A DNA stretch of 64,000 bases from an uncultured Thermoplasmatales archaeon (GTDB lineage Archaea > Thermoplasmatota > E2 > DHVEG-1): positions 2,268 to 66,267 of the forward strand of contig CAZQXW010000007.1 in assembly GCA_964597365.1 (NCBI GenBank), written 5' to 3'. Position numbers and translations under genes: made by a program. The notes beneath the pieces were generated by a model. That model was not told the DNA's origin and did not search any database. It saw nothing but the letters and a program-made list of their open reading frames with translations. Shown piece after piece: positions 53,644-63,812 of this stretch. The stretch's first letter is position 1, and every line of letters starts with the position of its first letter.

Positions 53644-55562
53644 TGAGTCTTCTCCAAATTGTCGGTAAGAACGTACCCTTCGGCAGCGAGCGCCTGCTGA
53701 ATACCTTCGAGCAGCTGAATCATGCGGTCTTCATTGTCCACGGTACTTACTTGGCTATTGACCCAAACTTCATACAGCTTACCAAGCGCCTGCAATGCTT
53801 CCTGCTGTTCCGGCGTTTCTCCCTCTCCCCCGTATCGACGCATGGCTCGGTTGAGGTATCTCGTAGCGATCAATCGGTAGGCTCCCTGATACTCATCCTC
53901 GCTTACCGCATCGGGATTTGCAGCCATTACCCCCATGAGGTCTTGCCATTCTTCAGACTGCGGGATTCCCGCACGCCGTCTCCAAAGATCAATTGTTTGA
54001 GCATCAAGCGTATCCGCGTGAATCTGAAGACCGTGGCGGTCGTCATCTTCCATTGCTCTAACAAGTTCCGGGCTATACCCTCCCCACGTCATCGAGAGCA
54101 CGTCTTTGTTTGGAAGCTCGCCTCCCATAATGTTCTGAAAGAAGTTCTGAAAACCGGTTGTAAGCTGAAGCAAGGTCTTCTCTACATTCCGCAACATCTG
54201 AGCTTGTCGGATCGCGGTTACTCGAACTTCATCTTCATATCGAACAGACTCTCCTCCCGGCTTACGATACTTGAGTCGATCTTCTTCCCGTTGTTTCTCA
54301 GTGTCAGTAGCGATCCCTTCCTGAGTACGTATAAACGAGTCTACCTGACTCATCGATCCACCAAGATAGGACTGAAGACGAAGTCGAAGGAGATCGGTAT
54401 CACCCCCGGTCCTTTGTTTCAGATACTGGTAGACCTGCGCGTTGACCTTATCCGGGTCCTGTTCCATGGCGAGCATGGTGTCCGTTACAGACATTCCGGT
54501 CCCGCGCATAGCTTGGAAAGCGATAATGTCTTCGGGGCGCTGTACCCGAGCAGCCTGCATGCCTCTTTGTTGTGCCATCTGATTCATTGCGGTGGCTCCC
54601 TGAATGGACAACCCACCAAACCGCCCATAAGCTTCGAGCATGTATTGTCGACGATTCACACGCTCAACCGTCATATCGACCCCTTGGCTGAGTGCGGTGT
54701 CGATACTCTGCGTGAGTGTTCGCATGAACTCACCCAGATTCTCTTGGCCGAACGCTCCGGCCATTCTGCCAATACGTTTGTAACCCCCAGCGAAACCGCC
54801 AAACTGCTGAAGATCAACCCCTCCTCGGGTGAGCGTACCAAGGTATTGTGCTGCTGCGGTAGGATCGAGACCGAGTTCTCGGGAAGCCTCCATAAGGGCA
54901 TTCGATACTCCAAGCGTTCCTGCCTGCCCTCCAGCTACACCCGCCTGTGATCCTGCGGCAAAGAACTGCCGGACCATATCCAACGGGACACCTTTACGTC
55001 CGTATCCCGCCATGACGCCTTCAATTTCGTTGTACCCTCGACCGAGTCTTTGAGCCATCCCCGTTCCGAAGATGCTCTGCATCCGCTCCCACTCATTCTC
55101 GGCCCACCGTTGTCCGGTCATGGCAAGAGCGCCACCGGCAGCCAAAGCTATTCCTGCACCTCCAAGGAATGGAGCCACGCCGGACAGAGCACCTCCTACG
55201 GCGGCCCCTCCCCGCCCACTCGATGCGGCTTCGGCCACACCCGCCCCTTGGTTGATGAAGGAAGGTCTAAGAGCAGCATTGTAGTTTCTATTGGATTGTT
55301 CGCGATCCCGAGCATTGATTCGCTCTCGCTGTGAGCGTTCTTCTCGGTTTGCTACATCTGCCGGAGAACTTCCTCCAGCGACTACTCCTCCAGCAGAAGA
55401 CGTAGCACGAGCAAAGGGATCGGTTTCCCCGATCCCTGTTGCTGAGAGGTTCTTAGCGGCAGTTCCCGCTTCTTTATACGCTTCAGTGATCTTCCGAATC
55501 TCTCGGGCTGCCTGATCAGCGCCCTGAGCATCAAGCTTAATTCGGCTGATAATGTCCGGCAC
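53640..55562 (-). CDS. tape measure protein
   Basis: G/A/Q-rich helical 640 aa after chaperones. Confidence 0.7.
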   Translation of the reverse strand: MPDIISRIKLDAQGADQAAREIRKITEAYKEAGTAAKNLSATGIGETDPFARATSSAGGVVAGGSSPADVANREERSQRERINARDREQSNRNYNAALRPSFINQGAGVAEAASSGRGGAAVGGALSGVAPFLGGAGIALAAGGALAMTGQRWAENEWERMQSIFGTGMAQRLGRGYNEIEGVMAGYGRKGVPLDMVRQFFAAGSQAGVAGGQAGTLGVSNALMEASRELGLDPTAAAQYLGTLTRGGVDLQQFGGFAGGYKRIGRMAGAFGQENLGEFMRTLTQSIDTALSQGVDMTVERVNRRQYMLEAYGRFGGLSIQGATAMNQMAQQRGMQAARVQRPEDIIAFQAMRGTGMSVTDTMLAMEQDPDKVNAQVYQYLKQRTGGDTDLLRLRLQSYLGGSMSQVDSFIRTQEGIATDTEKQREEDRLKYRKPGGESVRYEDEVRVTAIRQAQMLRNVEKTLLQLTTGFQNFFQNIMGGELPNKDVLSMTWGGYSPELVRAMEDDDRHGLQIHADTLDAQTIDLWRRRAGIPQSEEWQDLMGVMAANPDAVSEDEYQGAYRLIATRYLNRAMRRYGGEGETPEQQEALQALGKLYEVWVNSQVSTVDNEDRMIQLLEGIQQALAAEGYVLTDNLEKTQ

Positions 55563-55572
55563 CTACCGCCTC

Positions 55573-55905
55573 CTACGATTGAGGGTATCCAGCTTTTTCC
55601 AACTGCTCCCTCATACGCCTGATCTGTTCCGGCGTATATCCCAACCCTTTGAAGTTCTTCTCGTCGGACTTCGATATCACAGGAGCCTGTTCCTGCTTAT
55701 CGTGCCACTGCTTCAGTTGCTCCGACGACGGTAGCGTTAGCCATGACTGAAACAACAACCCTTTTTGATTGTCCGTCAGTCGTTTGTATCGTTCGTCTGT
55801 GGGCAGCACCCGAAAATGGTGGATTACCCACAGGTCCAACGAATGGGCTTTCGCTACCTCTTCAGGATCAGTCTCCCTTAAATCGCTCTTGAAACTGGCT
55901 GCGAA
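55573..55905 (-). CDS. tail assembly chaperone frameshift extension (gpGT-like)
   Basis: LWVIHHFRVLPTDERY; in +1 frame relative to 55868..56242; no clear own SD/start. Confidence 0.55.
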   Translation of the reverse strand, partial: FAASFKSDLRETDPEEVAKAHSLDLWVIHHFRVLPTDERYKRLTDNQKGLLFQSWLTLPSSEQLKQWHDKQEQAPVISKSDEKNFKGLGYTPEQIRRMREQLEKAGYPQS

Positions 55906-56242
55906 ACCGCAGATACCCCCCGTACAGTGTCTGGATGCAGCGGTCGTCGTAGCAAGTCCATGCGGTCTTGAACCAATTTGGGCTCTCGTCTCGGTCCACA
56001 AGTTGGTCGACGTAGGCAGTAGCTTCCACTCTCTGGACGTGCTCCTCTGGGAATGACGTTCTCGGCATACCTCCCAGTCTCTTTGCGATGTCTGCCTCAA
56101 TCAGAGACAGTTCAAAGGGAGTTGGGTATCTCAGGGTGAACGTTTCTCCCTTGTAAACGACAGTAAACGTGAGATCGTCCTCAGTTAGGACCATCTCTCC
56201 TACGCGGTACTCTTGATTGCTTGAGTCCACACTCTTAGCCAT
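55868..56242 (-). CDS. tail assembly chaperone
   Basis: Between tube and tape measure. Confidence 0.75.
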   Translation of the reverse strand: MAKSVDSSNQEYRVGEMVLTEDDLTFTVVYKGETFTLRYPTPFELSLIEADIAKRLGGMPRTSFPEEHVQRVEATAYVDQLVDRDESPNWFKTAWTCYDDRCIQTLYGGYLRFRSQFQERFKGD

Positions 56243-56298
56243 GTCTCTCTCCTCTCTTGTGAAATCGCCCCGGCAGGAAAGCCTACCGGGGAGTTATC

Positions 56299-56748
56299 CT
56301 AAGTAGTTCGTTCGACCGACATCAACCGCAGGTTCGCGGTGACATAGGAGTTCGGTGTGATCTGCACACCATTACTCGCAATCATGACCTTGCGGAACTG
56401 ATTGACGAGTTGTCCAGTTGCGGTGTTCAGGAACTGTAGGGTGTCGAACTCTCCGGGCTTGCCGTCGTTCGACTGAACCTGACTCCGCGTCGGGATGAAC
56501 TCCGCGAGCGCTACCTGACCACCGTCAGGCCACGGTCCCTCTCCCGGTCTCTCCGGTACGAAGGTCGATAGGGTCACGGTACATGAATACCCTTGAGAGT
56601 CGTAGTCGACGGGTCCGTGGTAGTTGAGCACGTTGGCCGGGTTTACTGCCCAGTCTTCATCGTAACTCGCTCCCGTTGAGAGCCCTACCGCCTGACCGTT
56701 CAGGAGAACCTGCACCCATGCTCCCCCAGCTAAGATTTTCTGAGCCAT
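56299..56748 (-). CDS. tail tube protein
   Basis: Follows sheath; 149 aa beta-rich. Confidence 0.8.
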   Translation of the reverse strand: MAQKILAGGAWVQVLLNGQAVGLSTGASYDEDWAVNPANVLNYHGPVDYDSQGYSCTVTLSTFVPERPGEGPWPDGGQVALAEFIPTRSQVQSNDGKPGEFDTLQFLNTATGQLVNQFRKVMIASNGVQITPNSYVTANLRLMSVERTT

Positions 56749-56759
56749 CTATTTACTCC

Positions 56760-58487
56760 TTACAGTTCTGCAACCAGTTCATGGAAGTGATTTGTCACAA
56801 ACTGGAAGTTCACCGGCAGCGTCACATAGGCGTCGTAGTCGACGAACACCTGATCCGCATTCAGGGTGATCTGGACGTTCCACCAAGCTACCCCACTCAC
56901 AGGGTCCTTAATGAATAGGCCCAAGTCCTCATAGATCGCGAGCCGTGCTTGGACCGCGCCCTTCAAGACCCCTCCAGTAACCGAAGTACCCGGCTGACCA
57001 ATGAACTGCTGTTCAAGAGCCTCCCGAAGATCGCGAGATGCAAAGTACATTTCGGTAACGACCGAGAACTCATTGAACTTGAGGTCGTTCGTCTGGTAGG
57101 TGTTGAATTGCCGAACCAGATGCGGGATGCCGTTGACGTTGTAGTTGATTGCGGCCACACCGTTCTTGAGCAGGTTCTCCAGATTGGTATCAGAGAGCTT
57201 CCACTCCAGTTCGATGAAGTTGAGTTCCTTGAACGTCAGCGGCTGGTTGATCGCCAAGGCACACTTGGCACCCATCAACATACAGGCAGCGTAGGAGCCC
57301 CCGTAGTTTTGAATCACACCATTCACGTCTCGCTGCGTTCCACCATTGAACACGTACATACCGTTCTTCGAATTGAGTGTCTGTGCCGCACTGATCGCAC
57401 TCGTAATCTCCGTACTCATCTGCCCGGTCTTGTACGGCGCTCCTACAAGGAACTGCCTCTCTCTCCGTCCAGTCACCGCGCTCATCTGTTCACAGTGTGT
57501 CTTGATCGAAGCGTGGGCCGCAGAATCGGAATCAGGAGTACTGATGAATTGAATATCTTCAGCTTCCAGCATCGTGAGCGCATTCGACCACGCGGTTGCA
57601 TCGTACGTTCCCTCGGTTCCGCCAGTAAGGAAAGTAGCGGCAAGATTTTCGGGGATCACACGGTCATTCGCTGCGTTCGCTGCGGCAGCACTGATCCGGG
57701 CAGAGCCCGCATTGATTGTGTCAATGATTGCTTGGAATGTGCTTTCTGCGGTGTAGGAAGCGCTATTGATGTCTTGCGCGGATACTGCATCAAGTTTCAG
57801 AGGGCTTGCGTTCTCCTGTCCAGCGACTGCCGAACAAGTGAAGTCGGTTTGAGAATTGATGTACGCTACAAGCTCCCCAACCGTGTTGTAGTCTCCCAAT
57901 GTTATGCTCAATCCACCAGCACTCGTGGTAAGTGTTTGTGTGCCAGAGTTGTTCACAATAGTCATTGTACACGCACCACCGGTGTACTCGATGGTAAAGC
58001 TCTGTCGACGGATGTCGTCAAAGGTCTCTGCGGGATCGCTTTGGAACTCGACAGTCACCTTCTTTCCGTAGTTGGTTCCGGCCTCCAAGGTGACCTTGAT
58101 CTGATTTACATACAGACCATAGTCCCGACTGGTAAGCATGATCATATCGTTCGCGCTTCCATCGACCAGATTTACCGATGCCTGTGTTGCCGGATTTACT
58201 CGAACCGCAAACACTCTTTGCGGGTTTAATCCCCCGCCCGGATTGAAAGCGAGTCGGACAGCTTCCATCAGAGGTCCACTGCGAAGCGTACCTACTGCCT
58301 CAGCGATGGTGTTGAACTGAAGCAACGTAGTGGGTTCGCCCCCTGTGCTCTGTCCCATGACCACGCCATTATTGGCAGAGGCTAACCCCGCAGCACCCTT
58401 TACCGAGTCGATACGTGAGTATGCGCCCGGTATGATGTGCGAGCTAATCTGACCCGCACTCTGAAACGTGCGAAAGTTCAGACTCAT
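56760..58487 (-). CDS. tail sheath protein
   Basis: IPGAYSRID N-terminus; SVVTEMYFASRDLREAL..FIG C-terminal sheath domain. Confidence 0.92.
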   Translation of the reverse strand: MSLNFRTFQSAGQISSHIIPGAYSRIDSVKGAAGLASANNGVVMGQSTGGEPTTLLQFNTIAEAVGTLRSGPLMEAVRLAFNPGGGLNPQRVFAVRVNPATQASVNLVDGSANDMIMLTSRDYGLYVNQIKVTLEAGTNYGKKVTVEFQSDPAETFDDIRRQSFTIEYTGGACTMTIVNNSGTQTLTTSAGGLSITLGDYNTVGELVAYINSQTDFTCSAVAGQENASPLKLDAVSAQDINSASYTAESTFQAIIDTINAGSARISAAAANAANDRVIPENLAATFLTGGTEGTYDATAWSNALTMLEAEDIQFISTPDSDSAAHASIKTHCEQMSAVTGRRERQFLVGAPYKTGQMSTEITSAISAAQTLNSKNGMYVFNGGTQRDVNGVIQNYGGSYAACMLMGAKCALAINQPLTFKELNFIELEWKLSDTNLENLLKNGVAAINYNVNGIPHLVRQFNTYQTNDLKFNEFSVVTEMYFASRDLREALEQQFIGQPGTSVTGGVLKGAVQARLAIYEDLGLFIKDPVSGVAWWNVQITLNADQVFVDYDAYVTLPVNFQFVTNHFHELVAEL

Positions 58488-58726
58488 TTGTTACCCCCCA
58501 TGTATTGACTGAGCGCTTTGTCCCAGTCTTCTTTCGTCTTCAGTATACCACGGAACTTGACCCCAACATAGGACCGCACATATACATCCATTACCTTTGC
58601 GTAAAGCTGTACGTACTTATCGAATGAGAGTTTCGTAGGCTCAGCTTTCATCGTCTTTGCTTCAGATTTTGGTTCTACTAAAACTTCAGAATCAACTGAT
58701 GAGTGCGTTGACTGTTTCTTAGCCAT
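58484..58726 (-). CDS. small hypothetical virion-region protein
   Basis: Packed upstream of sheath. Confidence 0.6.
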   Translation of the reverse strand: MAKKQSTHSSVDSEVLVEPKSEAKTMKAEPTKLSFDKYVQLYAKVMDVYVRSYVGVKFRGILKTKEDWDKALSQYMGGNK

Positions 58727-59504
58727 TGACCGCTCCTAATGTGAAGAATACTGGCAGAGTTTTGGTATCTACTTCTCCGATAGTGCTCACTCCGGTATCG
58801 ATCAAGATAGCTTCATGGTTCATCGACATAGATACCGACACATTAGCACCATACAAAAGCTTACCAAAATCAAGGTTGATATCCCCTGAACGCCGACCGC
58901 TGATCTGGGCCAAATCCAGACCCTCGTTGTTATGCACGTTCGTCCGCTCCTGCGTTACAAAGTGGCACACCATATCAAACAGGAAGCTGGTAATCTCTTT
59001 GTTCTCACTCCAGATATTGAAGTCGAGAGAGTGGCTGGTGTGATATCGCTTCACGATTCCAACAACAGACCCGGCTTCATTGACGGCATCTTGAACCATT
59101 TGCCACCCGGTGTCCGATACAAATACCTTCCCCGCCTGTCGATAACCGTCCAACGTTGCGACCTCTGCTGGACTGAGTACTTCGGCTCTGAAATCGTCAG
59201 CAAGTACTTCGGCGTCCACATTGAGATTCGTATCAGCGATGGTAATCGAAGGAAAGACGTTCACGTTCTGGTTATCTCCGAGCACCTCCTGTGCAAGCAG
59301 GATCGCAAAGGGGTGTACGGTACCTACCCGTACCCGATTGAAGTTGGGAAATATTGAGGAATACCCTACCGTTTCGAGAAAACTCTTCAACGCTCTGGAG
59401 AGAGGAAGTTCCGGGTTCTCGGACTCCATGATATAGATATACCGCTGGTTCACATTAGCGGGTCTGACGGTCGCTCTGGAAGTCTTGAATGCCTGTGCCA
59501 TCAC
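58719..59504 (-). CDS. probable tail terminator/completion protein
   Basis: Synteny upstream of sheath. Confidence 0.5.
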   Translation of the reverse strand: MMAQAFKTSRATVRPANVNQRYIYIMESENPELPLSRALKSFLETVGYSSIFPNFNRVRVGTVHPFAILLAQEVLGDNQNVNVFPSITIADTNLNVDAEVLADDFRAEVLSPAEVATLDGYRQAGKVFVSDTGWQMVQDAVNEAGSVVGIVKRYHTSHSLDFNIWSENKEITSFLFDMVCHFVTQERTNVHNNEGLDLAQISGRRSGDINLDFGKLLYGANVSVSMSMNHEAILIDTGVSTIGEVDTKTLPVFFTLGAVNG

Positions 59505-60388
59505 TTCAAATCCTGTTCTATCGCCTTCTTGAGAATCTCTTCAGCGAAGGGCTGCATGAAGTCAACTACCGCCTTTCGAACTGGCCACGGGTCCTGTTCC
59601 GGGACAATCCAACTCATTGGATCGCTCGCAGCAGACACGACACGGAAAGTCAAGTAGCTCGACGAGCGGGCACGTTGCGTTGATGCTTGCATAGCAACCA
59701 TACCTGCGTAGCGGCCGCTTTTTTGCTGGTACTCCCCTACTACTTTCCCTTTCCGGGTTATCACTTTCTTTTGCATCCCCCGAGTCGATTCCTTGTCGTA
59801 TCTCTCCCCCCATGAATAACTCCTGCCTCCCGGCTGAGCACTCGATTTGGTCTGGTAACTATGCCCGCCTGTTTGGGAGGCTCCCGTCCTCTTTCTTTCA
59901 TCCGCCTCCTTCATCTGAGCACTAAAGTTCTTATAGACCGAAATCGGCATGGGGTTATTTCGGTAGGGGTCGCTTCCGGGAGTTCCATGACGGAACGCTA
60001 CGATGTTGTATCTCCCTTTCTTTCCCTGCCGAGAGTTTGGCCCCGAGAGCAGACCCGGTTTCAAGTCGATCAAGCCATGACCGTGTTCGAGAAGTTCAGT
60101 AACCGATTTTCCACTGCGAGTAGTATAGCTGGTGTAGACCTCCCATGTAGTTGGACTGATCTGTCGTCTTTCTATGGTTCGGTGGTATTGCTTCGAGTTT
60201 ATCACAAACGGCAGACCGGGAAGCTTGGCTCCACTGGCGGCCCGCATCCACGCTTCCTGATACTTCGTGCTCAGATATTCCACCGCCTGCATGGTTGCTG
60301 AAAGTGTTTGAGAGCCCCGACCCTTCTTCATCAACTGAACGAACTCGGGGACTTGTTCTTCTACAGATACTCTCAGCGTTCCTGCCAT
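59501..60388 (-). CDS. probable neck / tail completion protein
   Basis: LEHGHGLIDLKPGLL...YLTFRVVS..SDPMSWIVP; synteny. Confidence 0.55.
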   Translation of the reverse strand: MAGTLRVSVEEQVPEFVQLMKKGRGSQTLSATMQAVEYLSTKYQEAWMRAASGAKLPGLPFVINSKQYHRTIERRQISPTTWEVYTSYTTRSGKSVTELLEHGHGLIDLKPGLLSGPNSRQGKKGRYNIVAFRHGTPGSDPYRNNPMPISVYKNFSAQMKEADERKRTGASQTGGHSYQTKSSAQPGGRSYSWGERYDKESTRGMQKKVITRKGKVVGEYQQKSGRYAGMVAMQASTQRARSSSYLTFRVVSAASDPMSWIVPEQDPWPVRKAVVDFMQPFAEEILKKAIEQDLK

Positions 60389-61512
60389 CAGTACGTTACC
60401 TTTTCATGCGTCCGGTCAAACAGCTTCACACTCACCCGATTTACAAACGACTTGTTCTCCGAGTTTCTCAGTGTGTGCAGATTCGTCAACGCGGTATAGG
60501 TTGGATGATAGGTGAACTGCACAGTATATGGAACCGCAGGCTTTGTTACGTTCCACTTCAACTCATCTCGACCGAATATCTCGACATCGTTTCCTATGCC
60601 GGGAGTGTACTCAGTACCTGCTTTCGACACCACTCGTAGAAGTCGTGAGAGATCAAAGAAAGAAGTGATCTTATCATTACCTCCGGCCGCTGTCCGAGGA
60701 TCGATCACCACGGTACCTATCTGCTCTTGAGCAAGCGCGGTAAACAGGTCCTCCGGCGCGGGCTGTGCCCAATAGGGAGTTACCAGAACCGCATCCGCAT
60801 CTTCCAAAACGTAAGGCTGCTCATATCGCATTCGCCCGGTAACGCCGGTAAGCATGAAATTGAAAGGCTTGATGTAAAGATAATCTACCTCTAACATATC
60901 TCCACTTTGCCACGTCCCCAATCCTATGAGCGTGACAAACTCCTTGCTGATACTATCAACCTCATAGGTTTCGTCTCGGTCCACATTGTAGACTCTACTC
61001 ACGCTCTTTACCGATCCTTCAAAGCTCTTTCCCTCATCACTGAATCGGCTTGCTATGGTTCTCAAAATGTAGCGAGCAGAATCGTATACCTCGGAGTTTT
61101 CTGCGGTGACAGATACGTATGGAGTATACGAGTAGTTCACAGACAACGGTCGATAAGGTTTTGGATACGGCTGGGCCAGCTGAATGTACGAGCCGTCAAC
61201 TGGCTGACTACCCAACGGAACAACGGCACCCTTATGAAACACAGAAACCGTTCCCGGAACTATTGGAGCGAAGTTTGGTGTGATCCGCCCTTCACTATTC
61301 GTCTTCAGTTCTCCCACAATAGAAAACGTCTCAGGCTCTCGATACAATCTTCCCCGCCCACCGCACAAAGTGCATTGCGGATCAGGCTGCATAGTTTCTG
61401 AACGGACACACGGACACTTCGTTGCTTGTATCCATCGAAGCCACTGTCCGTGGCGTACAAGAGCATCCTCGTAACGACGTACTGTTTGGTAAGTTCTGAA
61501 TTGATCGCTCAC
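60388..61512 (-). CDS. probable head closure / neck protein
   Basis: KCPC....PDPQCTLCGGRG pattern; synteny. Confidence 0.6.
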   Translation of the reverse strand: MSDQFRTYQTVRRYEDALVRHGQWLRWIQATKCPCVRSETMQPDPQCTLCGGRGRLYREPETFSIVGELKTNSEGRITPNFAPIVPGTVSVFHKGAVVPLGSQPVDGSYIQLAQPYPKPYRPLSVNYSYTPYVSVTAENSEVYDSARYILRTIASRFSDEGKSFEGSVKSVSRVYNVDRDETYEVDSISKEFVTLIGLGTWQSGDMLEVDYLYIKPFNFMLTGVTGRMRYEQPYVLEDADAVLVTPYWAQPAPEDLFTALAQEQIGTVVIDPRTAAGGNDKITSFFDLSRLLRVVSKAGTEYTPGIGNDVEIFGRDELKWNVTKPAVPYTVQFTYHPTYTALTNLHTLRNSENKSFVNRVSVKLFDRTHEKVTY

Positions 61513-61823
61513 ACTCTCAACTCTCCAAACTGAGCCACCACGCTACTCAGTCCTGCTTTCTCCGGGATAAACGTAGAACGCCTCTCAGCGCCTTGTGAGA
61601 GCCCAGAGACGGGCTTTTCAAGGGTTTCTGGTACTGCAACACCGTCATCAAAGAGAACACGATGTCTATACTCCTCTCTCTTGCCGGGATTCCAGTTTTT
61701 TAAGCTTCTGTAATACCCCACAATCCGGGTGTACACCTCACACGGTGATCCCTCCACACTCTCAAGCTCGCGTTTCTTCTTAGCAATCTCCAGATCAATC
61801 TCTTCGAGAGTCTTTACAGACAT
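61509..61823 (-). CDS. nrdD: stand-alone NrdD C-terminal glycyl-radical domain protein
   Basis: CEVYTRIVGYYRSLKNWNPGKREEYRHR = class III RNR C-terminal motif; only 104 aa. Confidence 0.8.
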   Translation of the reverse strand: MSVKTLEEIDLEIAKKKRELESVEGSPCEVYTRIVGYYRSLKNWNPGKREEYRHRVLFDDGVAVPETLEKPVSGLSQGAERRSTFIPEKAGLSSVVAQFGELRV

Positions 61824-62104
61824 AGTGTTTGCTCCTCAATAATGGGTCGAAAATGAAACCCAAAAGCAAAGTCATCTTCATCAAACTCAACGGTTACATA
61901 CGGATGGGGAGAATAGGGAAACCTTTCTCTTTTCACCTTAGCATCTACCGTAACAGGGAAGGACACTTGTTTCGTATTCGAACACGCGTGAGGCTCTGGA
62001 ACGAATCCTCCAGACAAGATATACCCGTGCATATGCTGGCCACAATACGGGCATACTCCAAAATCTGGATAGTGAATAGGTGATCCTGTTGTGATTTCTT
62101 CCAT
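61814..62104 (-). CDS. small Cys/His hypothetical protein
   Basis: CPYC...HAC. Confidence 0.5.
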   Translation of the reverse strand: MEEITTGSPIHYPDFGVCPYCGQHMHGYILSGGFVPEPHACSNTKQVSFPVTVDAKVKRERFPYSPHPYVTVEFDEDDFAFGFHFRPIIEEQTLCL

Positions 62105-62105
62105 A

Positions 62106-63239
62106 TCACGCCCCTACAAAACTAATCGGAATCGGAGCAAACTTATACCTATTCCTCTCCAACCATGCTGTGATCTCATCAGAATACTGTTTGATTCTCG
62201 CCCCGAAGTATGCACTCGTCGCGCTCTGGGTCGATGAGAAGCTCTCGCTCAATCCATCCAGACTTACCGATTGAGAAGAGAACCCTGCGAGCAGCCCATC
62301 ACCAATTACCGCAAGGGTCTTGATCGTTGCGTACTTTGCAATGGTGCTCCGCAAACCTTCAGGTACCAATCCCGCATTCTTGAATCCGGTCTCATAGTCG
62401 AACTCGAAGGCTCCGGGATACCTCTTCGAATATTGATTCGTCCACAAAGGTCCATACACAGAGTACGGTCCGAACGTGAATCCTCCCTGCGGGAACATGC
62501 GCAGTTGACCAAACTGCTTGTGTATCCTGATCCAGTTGTTGTCTACCATATCCATGATCTCTCCCCTTACCGGAGAGAGCCACTTTGCCCGAGTCACTTT
62601 GATAACTGGCCAATGTCTTAGCTGGATGAATCCATAATCCTGCCAAAGATTCGGATCGAAGTCGTAGGGATCGTCTTCATGCGTGTAATCAACCCCTTCT
62701 CTCCACAATCTGGATTGTATGAGGTTGTCATCAGGATTTGTTGCGTACTTCTTTCGCAGGATATCCATAGTCAGATAGTCCTCGAACTCTCCAATGGCTT
62801 CGAGCACGATCTGTCTAAACTGTTCATCTTCCCATTCACTTTGGGCGATGTCTGATCCAACGGAATCTATCCCAAACATCATGGTATATCGCATATCGTC
62901 AGGGGTATACAACTCTCCCCATTCTCTTGGAGGAGGTGAATAGTTTCCAAAAGTCCAGCCATACTTTTCGTCGACCGTTCCCCCCTGTCTTGCAGCGGAC
63001 TTAGGAGACTCTGGTCCCGAGGGTTCCTTATAGTAGCTGGACTTATACCAATGAGAACTTGTTCCCGTAGCGTCTGTGTAGAAATAGACAGTTATCTCTG
63101 GGACAAGATTCAAACGAGTGGAAACGTCTGTGATTTCGGTGTATGTTCCGTTTTCAGAGTCGGAACGATACACCTTTATTCTGTCGTATACTTCAACGAG
63201 GTCTTCAACGTCAGAGACGCTGATAGAAAGTTGGATCAT
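62106..63239 (-). CDS. probable head-tail adaptor
   Basis: C-terminal SQSVSLDGLSESFSSTQSATSAYFGARIKQY; synteny. Confidence 0.65.
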   Translation of the reverse strand: MIQLSISVSDVEDLVEVYDRIKVYRSDSENGTYTEITDVSTRLNLVPEITVYFYTDATGTSSHWYKSSYYKEPSGPESPKSAARQGGTVDEKYGWTFGNYSPPPREWGELYTPDDMRYTMMFGIDSVGSDIAQSEWEDEQFRQIVLEAIGEFEDYLTMDILRKKYATNPDDNLIQSRLWREGVDYTHEDDPYDFDPNLWQDYGFIQLRHWPVIKVTRAKWLSPVRGEIMDMVDNNWIRIHKQFGQLRMFPQGGFTFGPYSVYGPLWTNQYSKRYPGAFEFDYETGFKNAGLVPEGLRSTIAKYATIKTLAVIGDGLLAGFSSQSVSLDGLSESFSSTQSATSAYFGARIKQYSDEITAWLERNRYKFAPIPISFVGA

Positions 63240-63251
63240 GCAGCGCCTCCT

Positions 63252-63803
63252 TTAGGAAGCAGCAAGAGAAAAGGTGTAGGTTATCTCCAAAGAGTCACCA
63301 TTGTCTGCCGCTTTGTCACCCCCGGAAAAAGCACCCCCGCTAAACAACGTACCAGTTGTACCACTCGCTGCGGAAGCTACAAACGCACCCCCAATAGTTG
63401 TTCCGTCCTGATTAATCGCAAACGCTGCTTTGCTTGCACTGTTGTCTACAGACTTTGCGCTCCGAACTTTCACCCATTCTTTTCGGTCTCCGGTATAGTT
63501 CGAAATCTCTGTCCATCCGGGGTGAGAAGCAAGCGTATCTCCGTCTACCACGGAAGGGGTGCTGTCCATAAGACCGATATACCATGTACTAACCTTTGCG
63601 GTTGCTCCAAGAACCACATCCAAAGTGTGATGGATTCCAGAGGCTACCCAAAGATTTACTATCTCGTCTTTCCACCGAATGGTTCCGTCTTTCCTCCGAC
63701 AGGTAACCACGTACTTACCTCCGCCATAACCCTTCGTCAGAACCTGCCTACCCGCTCTGAGTGTGGCAGAAACCGAACTTTCACCTTTGCCTTTAGTAAC
63801 CAT
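63252..63803 (-). CDS. virion structural protein
   Basis: IVNLWV...STWYIGL...GDTLASHPGWTE...GDSLEITYT, recurrent phage structural family. Confidence 0.65.
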   Translation of the reverse strand: MVTKGKGESSVSATLRAGRQVLTKGYGGGKYVVTCRRKDGTIRWKDEIVNLWVASGIHHTLDVVLGATAKVSTWYIGLMDSTPSVVDGDTLASHPGWTEISNYTGDRKEWVKVRSAKSVDNSASKAAFAINQDGTTIGGAFVASAASGTTGTLFSGGAFSGGDKAADNGDSLEITYTFSLAAS

Positions 63804-63812
63804 TTGACCCTC

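Noticed and set aside
53751-58229. Long + strand ORFs (53751..54950, 56949..58229; also 34028..34972, 10013..10786)
   Set aside because: Antisense shadows of well-supported minus-strand genes, with no SD or recognisable motifs.
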